A stretch of DNA of 64,000 nt from Desulfobacterales bacterium (GCA_963674755.2 CAXXVS010000003.1:2528001-2592000); one strand, 5' to 3'; numbered from the stretch's first letter, positions 29,823-40,517 are shown. Numbers and translations: made by a program. The notes: generated by a model from the letters alone, not told the origin.

Positions 29823-30644
29823 ATGCTGGAGGCGTTGCAGTTTGAATTCATCCGCCATGCCCTGATCGCCGGGCTGCTGACCAGTATCATCTGCGGCGTA
29901 ATGGGCACCCTGGTGGTGGCCAACCGCATCGTTTTCCTGTCCGGCGGAATTGCCCATGCGGCCTACGGGGGCATCGGACTGGCCTTTTTCATGGGCTGGC
30001 CTTACCTGGTGAGCACCCTGGGGTTCGCCCTGGCGGCCGCCCTGGTCATGGCGGCCGTGACCCTGCGCGCCCGGCACCGGGCCGATACGATCATCGGCGT
30101 GATCTGGGCCGTGGGGATGGCCATCGGCATCATCCTCATAGACCTGACCCCCGGCTACAATGTGGATCTGATGAGCTATCTTTTCGGCAGCATTCTGACC
30201 GTGCCGGTTTCGGATCTGTGGGCCATGCTGGCGGCCCTGGTCGCGGTTCTCGGATTCGTGGGGGTCTTCTACCAGGATCTGATGACCCTGTCCTTCGATG
30301 AGGAGTTCGCCCGCGTGCGGGGCGTGCCGGTCCGCGCCCTCTATTTTTCGCTGATCGGTCTGCTGGCCGTGGCCATTGTCATGGTGATCCAGGTGGTGGG
30401 CCTGATCCTCGTGATCGCGCTGCTCACGATACCGCCTTTCATCATGGAGAAATACGCCTCGTCGCTTTTCAAGATGATGGTGGGGGCCAGCGTGCTGGGG
30501 GCGGTGTTCACGGTAAGCGGTCTGTGGCTGTCCTATGCCTTCAATCTGACCTCTGGGGCGACCATTATCCTGGTGGCCGGGGCCGCTTTTTTCCTTACCC
30601 TGCTGGTGGAGCGTTTGAGAGGGAGACGCCGGTCCGCCGCCTGA
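29823..30644 (+). CDS. znuB: Zinc ABC transporter permease
   Basis: IAHAAYGG, YLFGSIL, FDEEFA; multiple TM helices. Confidence 0.93.
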   Translation: MLEALQFEFIRHALIAGLLTSIICGVMGTLVVANRIVFLSGGIAHAAYGGIGLAFFMGWPYLVSTLGFALAAALVMAAVTLRARHRADTIIGVIWAVGMAIGIILIDLTPGYNVDLMSYLFGSILTVPVSDLWAMLAALVAVLGFVGVFYQDLMTLSFDEEFARVRGVPVRALYFSLIGLLAVAIVMVIQVVGLILVIALLTIPPFIMEKYASSLFKMMVGASVLGAVFTVSGLWLSYAFNLTSGATIILVAGAAFFLTLLVERLRGRRRSAA

Positions 30645-30670
30645 AACGGACCGGGACCAAAGGAAGTGTC

Positions 30671-31099
30671 ATGTGTCTGCAATGCGATTATGAAAACCTT
30701 TTGAAACGCGCCCGGCTGGAGGCCACGGACAACCGCCTGCGGGTGCTGGCCGTGGTGGGCAACAACAGCTCCCCCCTTTCCGCCGGGGACATCTTTAATA
30801 CCCTGCAGCGCTCTTCCGCCATCAACCGGGTGACGGTCTATCGCATCCTGGATCTGCTAGTGGCCCACGGGCTGGTGGACCGCATCAGCACCGGCGGCCG
30901 GGCCGCCTATTACGGCCTGGCGCCCAACGAGCATCACCGGCCCCATCCCCATTTCTACTGCAAGCGCTGCGGTCAGATGGAGTGCCTCAACCCCGAAAGC
31001 CTGACCCTGGCCGGCGACGCCTTCCAGAAGACGTTCTCCGGTCAGATCGACAAGGTGGAGATACGGGTGGACGGCATCTGCAAGAACTGCATGCACTGA
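30671..31099 (+). CDS. zur: Fur family regulator, probably Zur
   Basis: NRVTVYRIL, HPHFYCKRCG, C-terminal CxxC; last gene of the znu operon. Confidence 0.8.
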   Translation: MCLQCDYENLLKRARLEATDNRLRVLAVVGNNSSPLSAGDIFNTLQRSSAINRVTVYRILDLLVAHGLVDRISTGGRAAYYGLAPNEHHRPHPHFYCKRCGQMECLNPESLTLAGDAFQKTFSGQIDKVEIRVDGICKNCMH

Positions 31100-31299
31100 A
31101 GCCCCCCTTCCGGGTCCGGGCTGCTCCCCCAGCGCCTCGGCGGCGTTGCCGGCTGACTTAAAGTGATCCCATACGGGGTGCAAGCTCTGCGGTGTCACCC
31201 CGCGCGCCTTGCCAGGAATCCTCATCCTTGTTTGACGATAGGGTCTATTCGGGGAAGATATCGGCCAATGCGTTTTCCAGGTCGCGTTTTGCGAAAACC

Positions 31300-31764
31300 T
31301 TAAAGGATCTTTCCGGGGCGCTCGGCGCTCTGGGAACGCATGTGCCATAGATGGGTGAAATAGCCCATACTGGCCAAAAGCAGGGCGCCCCCCATGGCAG
31401 TGTAGAGAAGCGCCAGGTAGACGCGCGGGATCGCGGTATGCCGCAGGAAGGATCCCATGGCGATCATGACGAGAATCATGAAATAGCTGCGCCAGGCCTG
31501 GAAAGCGAACAGGCAGCCCTTGTCGGCATAGCTGCCGATGCGGACCATGTTCCGGCGGGCCAGGCGTTGCAGCATGAAGCGGTGGAAGATGACGGCCAGC
31601 ACCAGGCCGGCCGCCACCAGAGGGCCGGCCTGCCGGATGGGCATGGCCCGCAGCCAGGACCAGGCCAGCCGGGCCAGCATGATCCCGGCGGCGGCCCACA
31701 CCAGACCGGCGATGGCGATCAGCCAGTGTTTGGGGACGGCCGGTTTTAAATGGACCAGTGTCAT
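31300..31764 (-). CDS. Hypothetical membrane protein (about 4 TM)
   Basis: Hydrophobic segments; starts 1 bp after the upstream gene. Confidence 0.7.
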   Translation of the reverse strand: MTLVHLKPAVPKHWLIAIAGLVWAAAGIMLARLAWSWLRAMPIRQAGPLVAAGLVLAVIFHRFMLQRLARRNMVRIGSYADKGCLFAFQAWRSYFMILVMIAMGSFLRHTAIPRVYLALLYTAMGGALLLASMGYFTHLWHMRSQSAERPGKIL

Positions 31765-31765
31765 G

Positions 31766-33553
31766 TCAGTAGGGGGCGGCCTCGAAACGGGCCACCACTT
31801 CTTGGCCGTGGTAAAGTTCCAGCATTTGCCCGAAAATGCTGTAATGATCGGTGGCCTTGAGGGCCTTGAAATAGGTGCGTTCCAGCCCGGCGTCGTTCGG
31901 GCAGGCCATCATGGTGGCGCCCAGGTCGCTGAAGGTCAGACGGTCCCCCTCTTTGCGGTAGAGGCCGAAAAAGCCGTTGCAGCCCGAGAAGCCCATGAGC
32001 TGGCGCTCCGGCGGCCGCAATATCAGTTGCGGCTCCCCCTGTCCGCTGGAGACGAACTGGATCGTCCGGCCGTAGAGTTCGGTCAGTTTCCAGGTGGTGT
32101 TGGTCAGGTGGGTCCGGGCCAGGCGGTCCGGGCAATCGGGCCGGTCGCTGATGGTGTCGAAGCGATCCACCACCAAAACGGTTTCCAGGCCTTCGCCCTC
32201 CATGGCCGGACGTTCGGCCAGGTGACCCGCCAGGGTCACATACCGCGGTGCCCCGGGTTCCCGGCGGGCCGCCAGATAGGCCCGCTCCAGGGCCAGGTAA
32301 TCCTTCTCCTGGGCCACCGGAAAAGAGGTGCCAGTGAAGCATTCGGTAAACCGGGCGGCATCGGCCATGTAGCGGAACAGTCCCGTCAGGGGAACCCCGT
32401 CCGTGAAAGGGTCCAACGTGGCGCGGCGGCGCAGATCCACCGGATCCTGCAACAGGTCCTTGCGGCCGTTGAGACTTGAGAGGTACAGGGTCGCATCGTT
32501 CTTCACCGCCAGCTTATAGAGGCCTTCGGCTTCTCCCACCAGCACGAGCCGGCGTCCGCCATGGGCCAGGTACCAGCGGCCGTGGTCATAGGATGAGGCT
32601 TCAGCGGGCACCGACGGGACCTGCTTGCGCAGCAAAAACATGCGATCGGGGTAGAGATTGAGGGTGATGGACAACGGTCCGCCGGAAGCGGCCGGCAACT
32701 GCCCGGCAAAGGTGGCCGGCAGGGGCAGGTCCTCCACGCGCCAGCCTGCGGCAGGACCCTGAGCGGGTGAGGGCGCTTCCGGCGGCGTCGCGTGCAGGGA
32801 AACCTCGATATGCGTCGGGTTGCCGCGGGTCAGGACCGGACAGGCCCGGGCCGTCAGGAAGCGGCGCCGGCCGTCGACCACAATGTCGGCCCGAACCTGA
32901 TAGCTGTGCCGGGGATCGATGTCCGCCGTGGCGTAATACAGGGCGAACGGGATCGGCACCTGGCGGCCTTCGGTGGGCAGCACCTGGCCGGCCACGAAGC
33001 GGGCCGGCGCATCCTGCTGCGACGTATCCTCCAGCTTCAGAACAACGGCGGCGGTATCGGGCAAGGCCATGCGCTCCCGGTAGGAGATCTGCCCGGTGAT
33101 GCGCCCGGCCGCCCCGTCGTCCCGCTGCCAGACGCCGCGCAAAACCCCCTTGTCGCCTGACAGAACCAGGGTTTTGTCCGTCAGGGTTTGGAGCGTGAGG
33201 TGGGATTCAAAGGGTTCGGGATAGCGTTCGGTGGCGGTGGTCAGCGTGAGTTCCCGGTCCTTCAGACGCCACTGCAGCCCGGACATGGTGTGAATCCCGA
33301 TGAGGCCGAAGCGCCCGTCCGTATCGAAGCGGATGCCTTCCGTTTCCGCCGGGCGGTCCCGGAGGGGGCGTACCCAGGTGCCCACCAGCGTGTGGGAGGG
33401 CGCGGGCGGCGCTTCTTGGGGCGGCATTTCACCTGCGGGCGGGAAGCAGCCCCCCAGCAAGGTGAGTATCACGATCCATGATAGAAGAACGGCGCTTCGA
33501 TGTGGCCGGCGCCGCCCGGCGGTTTTGTGCTGGAGCGTGGTGACGGGAACCAT
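31766..33553 (-). CDS. Multidomain lipoprotein (lipocalin-like + YbaY + NlpE-N + NlpE-C + META)
   Basis: LLGGC lipobox; ITGQISYRERMALP (YbaY); FAGQLPAA (NlpE-N); GLFRYMADAARFTEC (NlpE-C); GFSGCN and TMMAC (META). Confidence 0.75.
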   Translation of the reverse strand: MVPVTTLQHKTAGRRRPHRSAVLLSWIVILTLLGGCFPPAGEMPPQEAPPAPSHTLVGTWVRPLRDRPAETEGIRFDTDGRFGLIGIHTMSGLQWRLKDRELTLTTATERYPEPFESHLTLQTLTDKTLVLSGDKGVLRGVWQRDDGAAGRITGQISYRERMALPDTAAVVLKLEDTSQQDAPARFVAGQVLPTEGRQVPIPFALYYATADIDPRHSYQVRADIVVDGRRRFLTARACPVLTRGNPTHIEVSLHATPPEAPSPAQGPAAGWRVEDLPLPATFAGQLPAASGGPLSITLNLYPDRMFLLRKQVPSVPAEASSYDHGRWYLAHGGRRLVLVGEAEGLYKLAVKNDATLYLSSLNGRKDLLQDPVDLRRRATLDPFTDGVPLTGLFRYMADAARFTECFTGTSFPVAQEKDYLALERAYLAARREPGAPRYVTLAGHLAERPAMEGEGLETVLVVDRFDTISDRPDCPDRLARTHLTNTTWKLTELYGRTIQFVSSGQGEPQLILRPPERQLMGFSGCNGFFGLYRKEGDRLTFSDLGATMMACPNDAGLERTYFKALKATDHYSIFGQMLELYHGQEVVARFEAAPY

Positions 33554-33633
33554 TCCCCCTTGTCCTTAGATTAAGCGGCGTTTCGGTATTTCCTGTCCCC
33601 CAACAGACCGCATTTCCCCGGAAGCGCCGGGGG

Positions 33634-34677
33634 TCAGAAACGGTCGATGACGGTCACACCGGTGGTTTCGGAACGGTCCATGGCTTGCATCGCGGCAATA
33701 CCCTGCTCCAGGTCCACGGTCTGGGCGATCAGCTTGGCCGGCTGGAGCTTCCCGGCGGCGATCATGGCCAGCATTTCCGGGTAGCGATAGGCCTGCATGC
33801 CGTGGCTGCCCAGGATTTCCAGCTCGTTGGCCACGACCTGATCCATGGGGATGCGCGGCCAGCGGTGGTCGCCCGCCAGCAACCCCACCTGGACATGGCG
33901 GCCCCGTTTGCGCAGGCCGGCGATGCTCTTGAAGCAGGTGTCCGGGCTGCCCAGGGCGTCGATGGCCACATGGGCGCCGCCCTGGGTGATGTCCCGCACG
34001 GCCTGGACCACGTCCTCCACCCCGGAGGCATTGATGACAGCCCGGGCGCCCACGGACCTGGCCTTGTTGAGCTTTTGGGTGGTGATGTCGATCCCCACCG
34101 TCCTTGCGCCGACAGCCTCGGCGATCATGATGGCCGACAGGCCGACGCCGCCGCAGCCGTGCACCACGACCCACTCGCCGGGCGCGGTGCGCCCCTGGGC
34201 GATCACGGCCCGGAAGGCCGTGGCGAAGCGGCAGCCCAGGCTGGCCGCGGTGACGAAGTCGATGGTCTCGGGAATCCGCACCAGGTTGACATCGACGTAG
34301 CGCACGGCCACCCGTTCGGCAAACGAGCCCCAGTGGGTAAAACCCGGCTGGTGTTGATGATCGCAAACCTGATGGTTTCCACTGGCGCACTGGGGGCAGC
34401 GGCCGCAGCCGCAGACAAAGGGCAGGGTGACCCGGTCGCCCGGAAACCAGCGGGTGACGTCCCCACCCACGCGTTCCACCACCCCGGCCAGTTCGTGTCC
34501 GGGTACATGCGGCAGCCGGCGGATATCGGCATCATGCCCCATCCAGCCGTGCCAGTCGCTGCGGCAGATGCCGGTGGCTTCCACCCGGATGACGACGCCG
34601 TCCGGTGCGGGGGCGGGATCGGGGACCTCCTGGATTGTAATCGGGCCTCCAAAGGCTTCGTAAAGGGCGGCGCGCAT
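33634..34677 (-). CDS. Zinc-dependent alcohol dehydrogenase
   Basis: GICRSD, PGHE, CGxCxxCxxxxxxxC, GCGGVG; start reassigned to ATG 34677 after AAAGGA. Confidence 0.93.
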   Translation of the reverse strand: MRAALYEAFGGPITIQEVPDPAPAPDGVVIRVEATGICRSDWHGWMGHDADIRRLPHVPGHELAGVVERVGGDVTRWFPGDRVTLPFVCGCGRCPQCASGNHQVCDHQHQPGFTHWGSFAERVAVRYVDVNLVRIPETIDFVTAASLGCRFATAFRAVIAQGRTAPGEWVVVHGCGGVGLSAIMIAEAVGARTVGIDITTQKLNKARSVGARAVINASGVEDVVQAVRDITQGGAHVAIDALGSPDTCFKSIAGLRKRGRHVQVGLLAGDHRWPRIPMDQVVANELEILGSHGMQAYRYPEMLAMIAAGKLQPAKLIAQTVDLEQGIAAMQAMDRSETTGVTVIDRF

Positions 34678-34765
34678 CGGTATATCCTTTCGTCGCAACG
34701 GTGATCGAGGTTTTTGCTGCCGGCAACCTTGCCCGGTATAAGAAACGGTGCGGCCGGGGCCCGGG

Positions 34766-34942
34766 TCAGTGGCCGGCTTTACAGCTGTCCTTGGGGGACT
34801 GGCGGATGTCGTGCTGGTGTTTGGCGATAGAGATAATGGCTTTAACGGCGGCCTGGGCCTCTTCGGGCAGATTCTGGGACTGCAGGCGCCGGGCCTCCTC
34901 AACGATGGCGACGAAGGCCTGGGCGATATCATCGGTTCGCAT
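34766..34942 (-). CDS. 58-aa helical hypothetical protein, absent from the ORF track
   Basis: [69 protein letters not shown]3-rich codons. Confidence 0.7.
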   Translation of the reverse strand: MRTDDIAQAFVAIVEEARRLQSQNLPEEAQAAVKAIISIAKHQHDIRQSPKDSCKAGH

Positions 34943-35089
34943 GGGCGCTTCCTTTCAAGGTGGTTGCAAGGGATGGCTGGGCAACGGCATGTGTGCCGAC
35001 CCGGCAGGCCATTATAGTCATTTGAGACGATTCGTAAACCCGTTTATGCGCGGTCGTCCCATTTTACCGGCCTCCGCTGCCCGGCGGCC

Positions 35090-37198
35090 TCACAGATCGG
35101 TGATCACGGGATCCCGCAAAAGGGCCTCCACCGCCGCCCCGGCGGTTTCCGCCGCTTCCGGGAAAACCTGCGCCAGGCTGCGGATGTGACGCAGGTTGTC
35201 GGCCGTCCGCAAAATCAGCATGGCCAGGTTGCCTTCCTCCAGATCCGACAGGGCCACCACCTCATCCCAGGGCATGCCCCGCACCCAGTGATACAGGACG
35301 GCCGCCGGACGCAGATAGAGGGGACGGATGGGAAAGCCTTCGGCATGCATGCGGCGGGCAAACGGCGCCAGGGATTTGCGCACCCGCTGGTAGGACGCGG
35401 TCAGGGAACGGGGCAGGGCCGTCTTGGGCAGCCGGTCGTCGCATTCGCGCTCGTTGACGAAGGTGGCGATGATTCCGGCCAGCAGGGCTGGGCTTTTTTG
35501 GGGGAAGACATTGCGCCGGAAGCCCTCGCTGATCAGGAGGGGCTGGTCCACCCGCAGCTGGGAGGCCCAGGTGCCGTCTTCGGTCAGACGTCCGGCGGCG
35601 TCCACATAGCCGTGCTCCTGAAGGAACTCCAGGTGATGCCGGAAGTCATCCCACAGATGGCGATAGCTGCGCTCGAGCATGTGCACGGGGGTCTTGGGGC
35701 CGAAGGAGCGCATCAATTGAAAGGTGGCGAAGCTGCGCTTGAGAAGTTCTTCCACCTGGTCGGGCAGGTGGGAGAGCAGCAGGTTGAGCACCATGGAGAA
35801 ATTGATGCGGATCTGGCTGGCCACATCCGAGGCCGGTGCGTCCACCAGGCGGGCGGCCAGGCGGGCGTCCATGAAACGGCTCGGCACGGCCACGGCAAAC
35901 CCGATCTTGTCCATGCCACGCCGTCCGGCCCGGCCGGTCATCTGGTGAAATTCGGTAGGGGTCAGGGGGGCGAAATCCTGGCCGTTAAAGCGGTCCGAAT
36001 TGAGGAAGAGAATCGTGCGGGCCGGGAAGTTGACCCCCGCCGCCACGGTGGAGGTGGCGAAGACCGCATCCAGCAGCCCTTCGCTCATGAGGGTTTCCAG
36101 AAGCAGCTTCCAGGCCGGCAGCTGGCCGCTGTGATGGGCGCCCACCGCCAGGTGGTTCAAATGCCAGAGCTGTTTGTGGTGCTGCAGGCGCGGGCTGACC
36201 GCGAGCAGCTCCTCCGTGCGGCGCTTCAAGGCCCGCTCCCGCTCGGGATCTTCGATGCGGTTGGCCCGGCAGCGGTTCAGGGCGTTGCCGCAGTCGGCCC
36301 GGGACTTGAGAAAGAAGATGGCCGGTAGCAAATCATAAGTGCGCAGCACCTGGAGCATATCGCCGAAGGGCGGCAGCCCCCAGGGAGGGCCCATGGTGGG
36401 CTTTTTCTTCTGGTCGAGCAGGGCCGCGACTTTTTTTTCGAGCCGGGCTTTGCCTTTGGCCGTACGCCCCACCAGGGGCAGCAGTGTACCCGACGGCGCG
36501 AAGTAGAGCGGATAGAGCGGCACCGGCCTCTTTTCTTCCTGGACCAGGCGGCAGGGCTTGCGCCGGATGGCGGCCAGCCACTCCGCGATTTCGCCCGCGT
36601 TGCCGATGGTGGCCGATAGGAGCAGCAGGGGGATGCGGGGTGGCAGGTAGATCATGATCTCCTCCCAGACCACGCCGCGCTCGATGTCCCCCAGGAAATG
36701 GGCCTCGTCCAGCACCACGAAATCCGTTTCCAGTTGGATGCCGGTGTGCATGGCATCGTAGAGCTGGTTGCGCAGGATTTCGGTGGTGCCGATGATAATC
36801 GATGCCTCGGGCTGCTCCCGACGGTCCCCGGTCAGGATACCCACATTGGCCGCCCCGAAGAGATCGCCGAATTCCTTGAACTTGGCGTTGCTCAGCGCTT
36901 TCAGGGGGCAGGCGTACCAGGCCCGCCCGCCCCTCTCGAAAATGTGGCGGATGGCCTGCTCCGCAATCCAGGTCTTGCCCGCGCCGGTGGGGGCCGTCAC
37001 CAGGCAGTCGCTCTCCTGCACGGCCGCCACGGCCTCGCGTTGGAAAGGATCGGGTTCGAAGGGCGTTTCATCGGGTACCCCGATCTGGCCGAAGACGGAT
37101 TTCAGCCGGCGGTCCGCCCCGGGGCGCAGCTCGGTCTCAGGTGCGGTGCGCCGGCGGGGGCGCGGACGTCCGCGCCGGGGGTAGGGGCTTCTGCGCAT
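35090..37198 (-). CDS. Ski2/HelY-like SF2 DEAH RNA helicase
   Basis: APTGAGKT, PLKALSN, DEAH, SAT, HHSG and QMTGRAGRRG motifs. Confidence 0.92.
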   Translation of the reverse strand: MRRSPYPRRGRPRPRRRTAPETELRPGADRRLKSVFGQIGVPDETPFEPDPFQREAVAAVQESDCLVTAPTGAGKTWIAEQAIRHIFERGGRAWYACPLKALSNAKFKEFGDLFGAANVGILTGDRREQPEASIIIGTTEILRNQLYDAMHTGIQLETDFVVLDEAHFLGDIERGVVWEEIMIYLPPRIPLLLLSATIGNAGEIAEWLAAIRRKPCRLVQEEKRPVPLYPLYFAPSGTLLPLVGRTAKGKARLEKKVAALLDQKKKPTMGPPWGLPPFGDMLQVLRTYDLLPAIFFLKSRADCGNALNRCRANRIEDPERERALKRRTEELLAVSPRLQHHKQLWHLNHLAVGAHHSGQLPAWKLLLETLMSEGLLDAVFATSTVAAGVNFPARTILFLNSDRFNGQDFAPLTPTEFHQMTGRAGRRGMDKIGFAVAVPSRFMDARLAARLVDAPASDVASQIRINFSMVLNLLLSHLPDQVEELLKRSFATFQLMRSFGPKTPVHMLERSYRHLWDDFRHHLEFLQEHGYVDAAGRLTEDGTWASQLRVDQPLLISEGFRRNVFPQKSPALLAGIIATFVNERECDDRLPKTALPRSLTASYQRVRKSLAPFARRMHAEGFPIRPLYLRPAAVLYHWVRGMPWDEVVALSDLEEGNLAMLILRTADNLRHIRSLAQVFPEAAETAGAAVEALLRDPVITDL

Positions 37199-37953
37199 CA
37201 GAGCCTTTCGAGGATGGCTTTGACTTCGTCCACGGCCGGCGACGGCGTGTCGAAGGGGGAGCGGCCGTTCAGGTCGGCCTCGATGAGGCGGTCGTCATAA
37301 GGCAGGAAGCCCAGCAGCTCGAAATCGGAGAGATGCTTGGCCAGGAAGGCCCGGTCGGTTTCCCCGCGCACCTTGTTGCCCACCAGGGCGATGGTATTCA
37401 AGTGGATTTCGGAGGCCAGGCGCTTAATGTTGCGGGCCGTATCGATGCTGCGGCGGCCGGGCTCCACCACCACGATGAGCTTGTCCACGGCCTGGGCCGT
37501 GGCCCGGCCCAGATGTTCGATACCGGCTTCCATGTCCATGACCACCACCTCGTCCCGGGCCAGGACCACATGGGTGATCAGGGCCCGCAGGAGGGTGCTC
37601 TCCGGGCAGATGCAGCCGGCCCCGCCCTTCTTGACGCCCCCCAGGCGCATCAGCTTGATATTCTCCAGCCGGGCCGAAAGGGCCTCCGGCAGATCGTCCA
37701 CCTTGGGGTTGAGTTTGAAATACCCGCCGATGGTTCCCGGCTGGGTTTCGGTGCGTTCGGCCACCAGGTCCTTCATCTCGGAGATGGGCGTGATTTTATC
37801 GGCGTCTGCGATACCCAAGGCCGCCGCCAGGTTGGCGTCGGGGTCCGCATCGATCGCCAGAACATGCTTGCCCTGCTCGTTGAAGGCCCGGATGAGGAGA
37901 GAAGCGAAAGTCGTCTTGCCGACGCCGCCTTTACCGCTGACCGCTATTTTCAT
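37198..37953 (-). CDS. cooC: CooC family nickel-insertion ATPase
   Basis: SGKGGVGKTT, IDADPDANL, GCICPE and DMEAGIEHLGR. Confidence 0.9.
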   Translation of the reverse strand: MKIAVSGKGGVGKTTFASLLIRAFNEQGKHVLAIDADPDANLAAALGIADADKITPISEMKDLVAERTETQPGTIGGYFKLNPKVDDLPEALSARLENIKLMRLGGVKKGGAGCICPESTLLRALITHVVLARDEVVVMDMEAGIEHLGRATAQAVDKLIVVVEPGRRSIDTARNIKRLASEIHLNTIALVGNKVRGETDRAFLAKHLSDFELLGFLPYDDRLIEADLNGRSPFDTPSPAVDEVKAILERL

Positions 37954-38183
37954 TCCGTATTCCTTTCTGTCACCGCCGCTGCTATAAGTGTCCGCTCAAG
38001 TCTGTTGTGCAATATAACACAGGATCGGGCCCTGTCCATGCATATGCACGTGTATCGAGGGGCTATCTTGACCTTTGCCGGAATCTCTCTTAAGGGGAGC
38101 GCTGAAACCGCGGGCGGACGCAATTGAATTGCCATGCGCGTGTTTTATATTGCGTGGATAATCAAAAAAGGAGGCATGCCCCC

Positions 38184-40178
38184 ATGCCGCGTGATAAACA
38201 ACCCACCCCCTCGAAGGATGCGCCCCTGATCCTGGCCCCGGCCGGCAACCGGGCGGCTTTTCTGGCCGCCCTGGCGGCCGGGGCCGATGCGGTCTATTGC
38301 GGCCTGAAAAGCTACTCGGCCCGGGCCGAGGCCAAGAACTTCACCCTGCCGGAGCTGGCCGCCCTGACCCAACTGGCCCACCGCGAGGGGATGCGGGTCC
38401 ACGTGGCGTTCAATGCCATGCTCACGGCCGGAGATCTCCCCCATGCGGCCGGGCTGCTGCAGGGGCTTGTGCGGCATGTCCAGCCGGATGCCCTGATCGT
38501 CCAGGATATGGCCATGATCGGCCTGGCGCGGCAGCACGGTTTCCAGGGCGAGCTCCACCTGTCCACCCTGGCCAATGCGAGTTTTGCCCGGGCCCTGGGA
38601 TGGATCCGGCGCCATTTGGCCGTGGACCAGGTGGTGGTCCCCCGGGAGTTGGACATCGACGAGATCCGCGCCCTGGGGGATGCCTGCCCGGATGGCCTGG
38701 GGCTGGAGGTCTTCGTGCACGGGGCACTGTGCTACAGCGTGTCGGGGCGTTGCTACTGGAGCAGCTTCCTGGGGGGCCGGAGCGGCCTGCGGGGACGTTG
38801 CGTGCAGCCCTGCCGGCGCCAGTACCGCCAGCGCAACGATGCCCGGCGGCACTTCTCCTGCATGGATCTCAGCCATGACGTCCTGGTGAAGGTGCTGGGC
38901 ACGATTCCCCAGGTGCGGACCTGGAAGATCGAGGGGCGCAAAAAAGGGCCCCACTACGTCTATTACACCGTGCGGGCCTACCGCATGCTGCGGGACGAGG
39001 GCCACGATCCCCAAAAAAAGCGCGAGGCCCTGCAGCTGCTGGAGCAGTCCCTGGGCCGGCCGGCCACCCACTACCGTTTTCTGCCCCAGCGGCCCCAGAC
39101 CCCCCTCCAGCCGGGAACGCCCACGGGCTCCGGCCTGCTGGTGGGAACGGTCAAGGGCCCGGCCCACAGCCCCTATATCGCCCCCCGCCAGCCCCTGCTG
39201 GCCGGCGATGTCCTGCGGGTGGGCTACGAGGACGATGCCGGGCACGCCATCGTGCGGGTGCGCCAGCCGGTGGGCCGCAACGGACGTCTGCCCTTCAGGC
39301 CCGGGCGTGGGGGGCATAGCGGCAGCCGGACGCCGGTTTTTCTGACGGACCGTCGGGAACCCGCGCTGCAGCGCCGCCTGACGGTGTTGGAAAAGGCACT
39401 TCCCGACCTGACGGAAGCACCGCCCCGGGAGCCGTCGGCCGGGATCCGCCTGCCCCAACCGATTCGTCTCAAAGGGCAGACGCCCCGCGATATGGTGGTG
39501 CGGCACACGGCTGACCGAAAGGGGGCCAAGGCAATCCAAGGCGTCTGGGTTTCCGCCCGGGCCGTGCCGCAGGCGCCGTCCAAGGCATGGGCGGCGGTCT
39601 GGTGGTGGCTGCCGCCGGTGATCTGGCCCACGGCCGAGGACGGCATTAAGACGCTGGTCGAGCGCCTGCTCAAGGGCGGCGCCCGGCACTTCGTCCTGAA
39701 CGCTCCCTGGCAGGCGGGCCTGTTCGCCCATCCGGAAAAGCTGATCCTCTGGGCCGGGCCGTTTTGCAACCTGGGCAACCCCTTGGCCCTCGATCTCCTG
39801 AAACAGGCCGGGTTTGCGGGGGCCTTCGTGAGTCCGGAGCTGGGACGCGAGACTTTTCTGGAGCTGCCCAAAATCAGCCCGCTGCCCCTGGGCATGGTGC
39901 TCAGCGGCCTCTGGCCCCTGGCCCTGTCCCGCGTGCTTTCGGAGGCCATCGACCCGGGCCAGCCCTTCACCAGCCCCCGGGGGGAGCAGGCCTGGGTAAA
40001 GCGCTGGGAAGACACCTTCTGGTTGTTTCCCAACTGGCGGCTGGATCTCAGCAGCCAGCGCCGGGTGCTGGAAAAGGCGGGCTACCAGTGGTTTGCCCAT
40101 CTGGAAGAGCCGCTGCCCAAGACGGTCAAACTGAAAGATCGCCCCGGTCTATGGAACTGGAACATCGGCCTTAAGTAG
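38184..40178 (+). CDS. Peptidase U32 family protein (RNA hydroxylation-type, long form)
   Basis: ILAPAG, GADAVYCG, EVFVHGALCxxxSGRC, RGRCVQPCR, KIEGR; RBS AGGAGG. Confidence 0.88.
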   Translation: MPRDKQPTPSKDAPLILAPAGNRAAFLAALAAGADAVYCGLKSYSARAEAKNFTLPELAALTQLAHREGMRVHVAFNAMLTAGDLPHAAGLLQGLVRHVQPDALIVQDMAMIGLARQHGFQGELHLSTLANASFARALGWIRRHLAVDQVVVPRELDIDEIRALGDACPDGLGLEVFVHGALCYSVSGRCYWSSFLGGRSGLRGRCVQPCRRQYRQRNDARRHFSCMDLSHDVLVKVLGTIPQVRTWKIEGRKKGPHYVYYTVRAYRMLRDEGHDPQKKREALQLLEQSLGRPATHYRFLPQRPQTPLQPGTPTGSGLLVGTVKGPAHSPYIAPRQPLLAGDVLRVGYEDDAGHAIVRVRQPVGRNGRLPFRPGRGGHSGSRTPVFLTDRREPALQRRLTVLEKALPDLTEAPPREPSAGIRLPQPIRLKGQTPRDMVVRHTADRKGAKAIQGVWVSARAVPQAPSKAWAAVWWWLPPVIWPTAEDGIKTLVERLLKGGARHFVLNAPWQAGLFAHPEKLILWAGPFCNLGNPLALDLLKQAGFAGAFVSPELGRETFLELPKISPLPLGMVLSGLWPLALSRVLSEAIDPGQPFTSPRGEQAWVKRWEDTFWLFPNWRLDLSSQRRVLEKAGYQWFAHLEEPLPKTVKLKDRPGLWNWNIGLK

Positions 40179-40358
40179 TGCCCGTCCAGAGACGGCATCT
40201 TTTGGCCCCGGCCCGCCGCCGGTGGACCAGAGGCCTTTGGCGGACAAGCCGGCGTTCTCGCTCTTTGGAAATCCTCGCCGTAGCCAGCTACGCCTCCGGG
40301 TTCCAAAGAACTGCGGCCTTGGCCGGAACCAAAATCTACCATCTCTGGACGGGCACTA
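40176..40358. mobile_element. MITE-like element (subfamily B, one insert), 183 bp
   Basis: Perfect 17-bp TIR TAGTGCCCGTCCAGAGA / TCTCTGGACGGGCACTA. Confidence 0.85.
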
Positions 40359-40517
40359 AGTGGTCCTGTTCATAAAAAGATGACGTAATGAGGGCGCCCA
40401 GACGCCTGTCTGACAAGGCGCGCAACCTTAAAGAATATCGGGTTCTGTGGTTTCGCAACGCCGCCAGGCAGGATGGCTGGGCGGTCGAATGGCATCGTAT
40501 TTGTGAACAGGGCCACT
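40359..40517. mobile_element. Second MITE-like element abutting the first
   Basis: TIR AGTGGTCCTGTTCATAAA / TTTGTGAACAGGGCCACT (16 of 18 match). Confidence 0.7.

Noticed and set aside
31110..31230. Possible decayed copy of the repeat family (GGCGTTGC...GCGCCTTGCCAGGAA)
   Set aside because: Only two short motifs match and there are no terminal repeats
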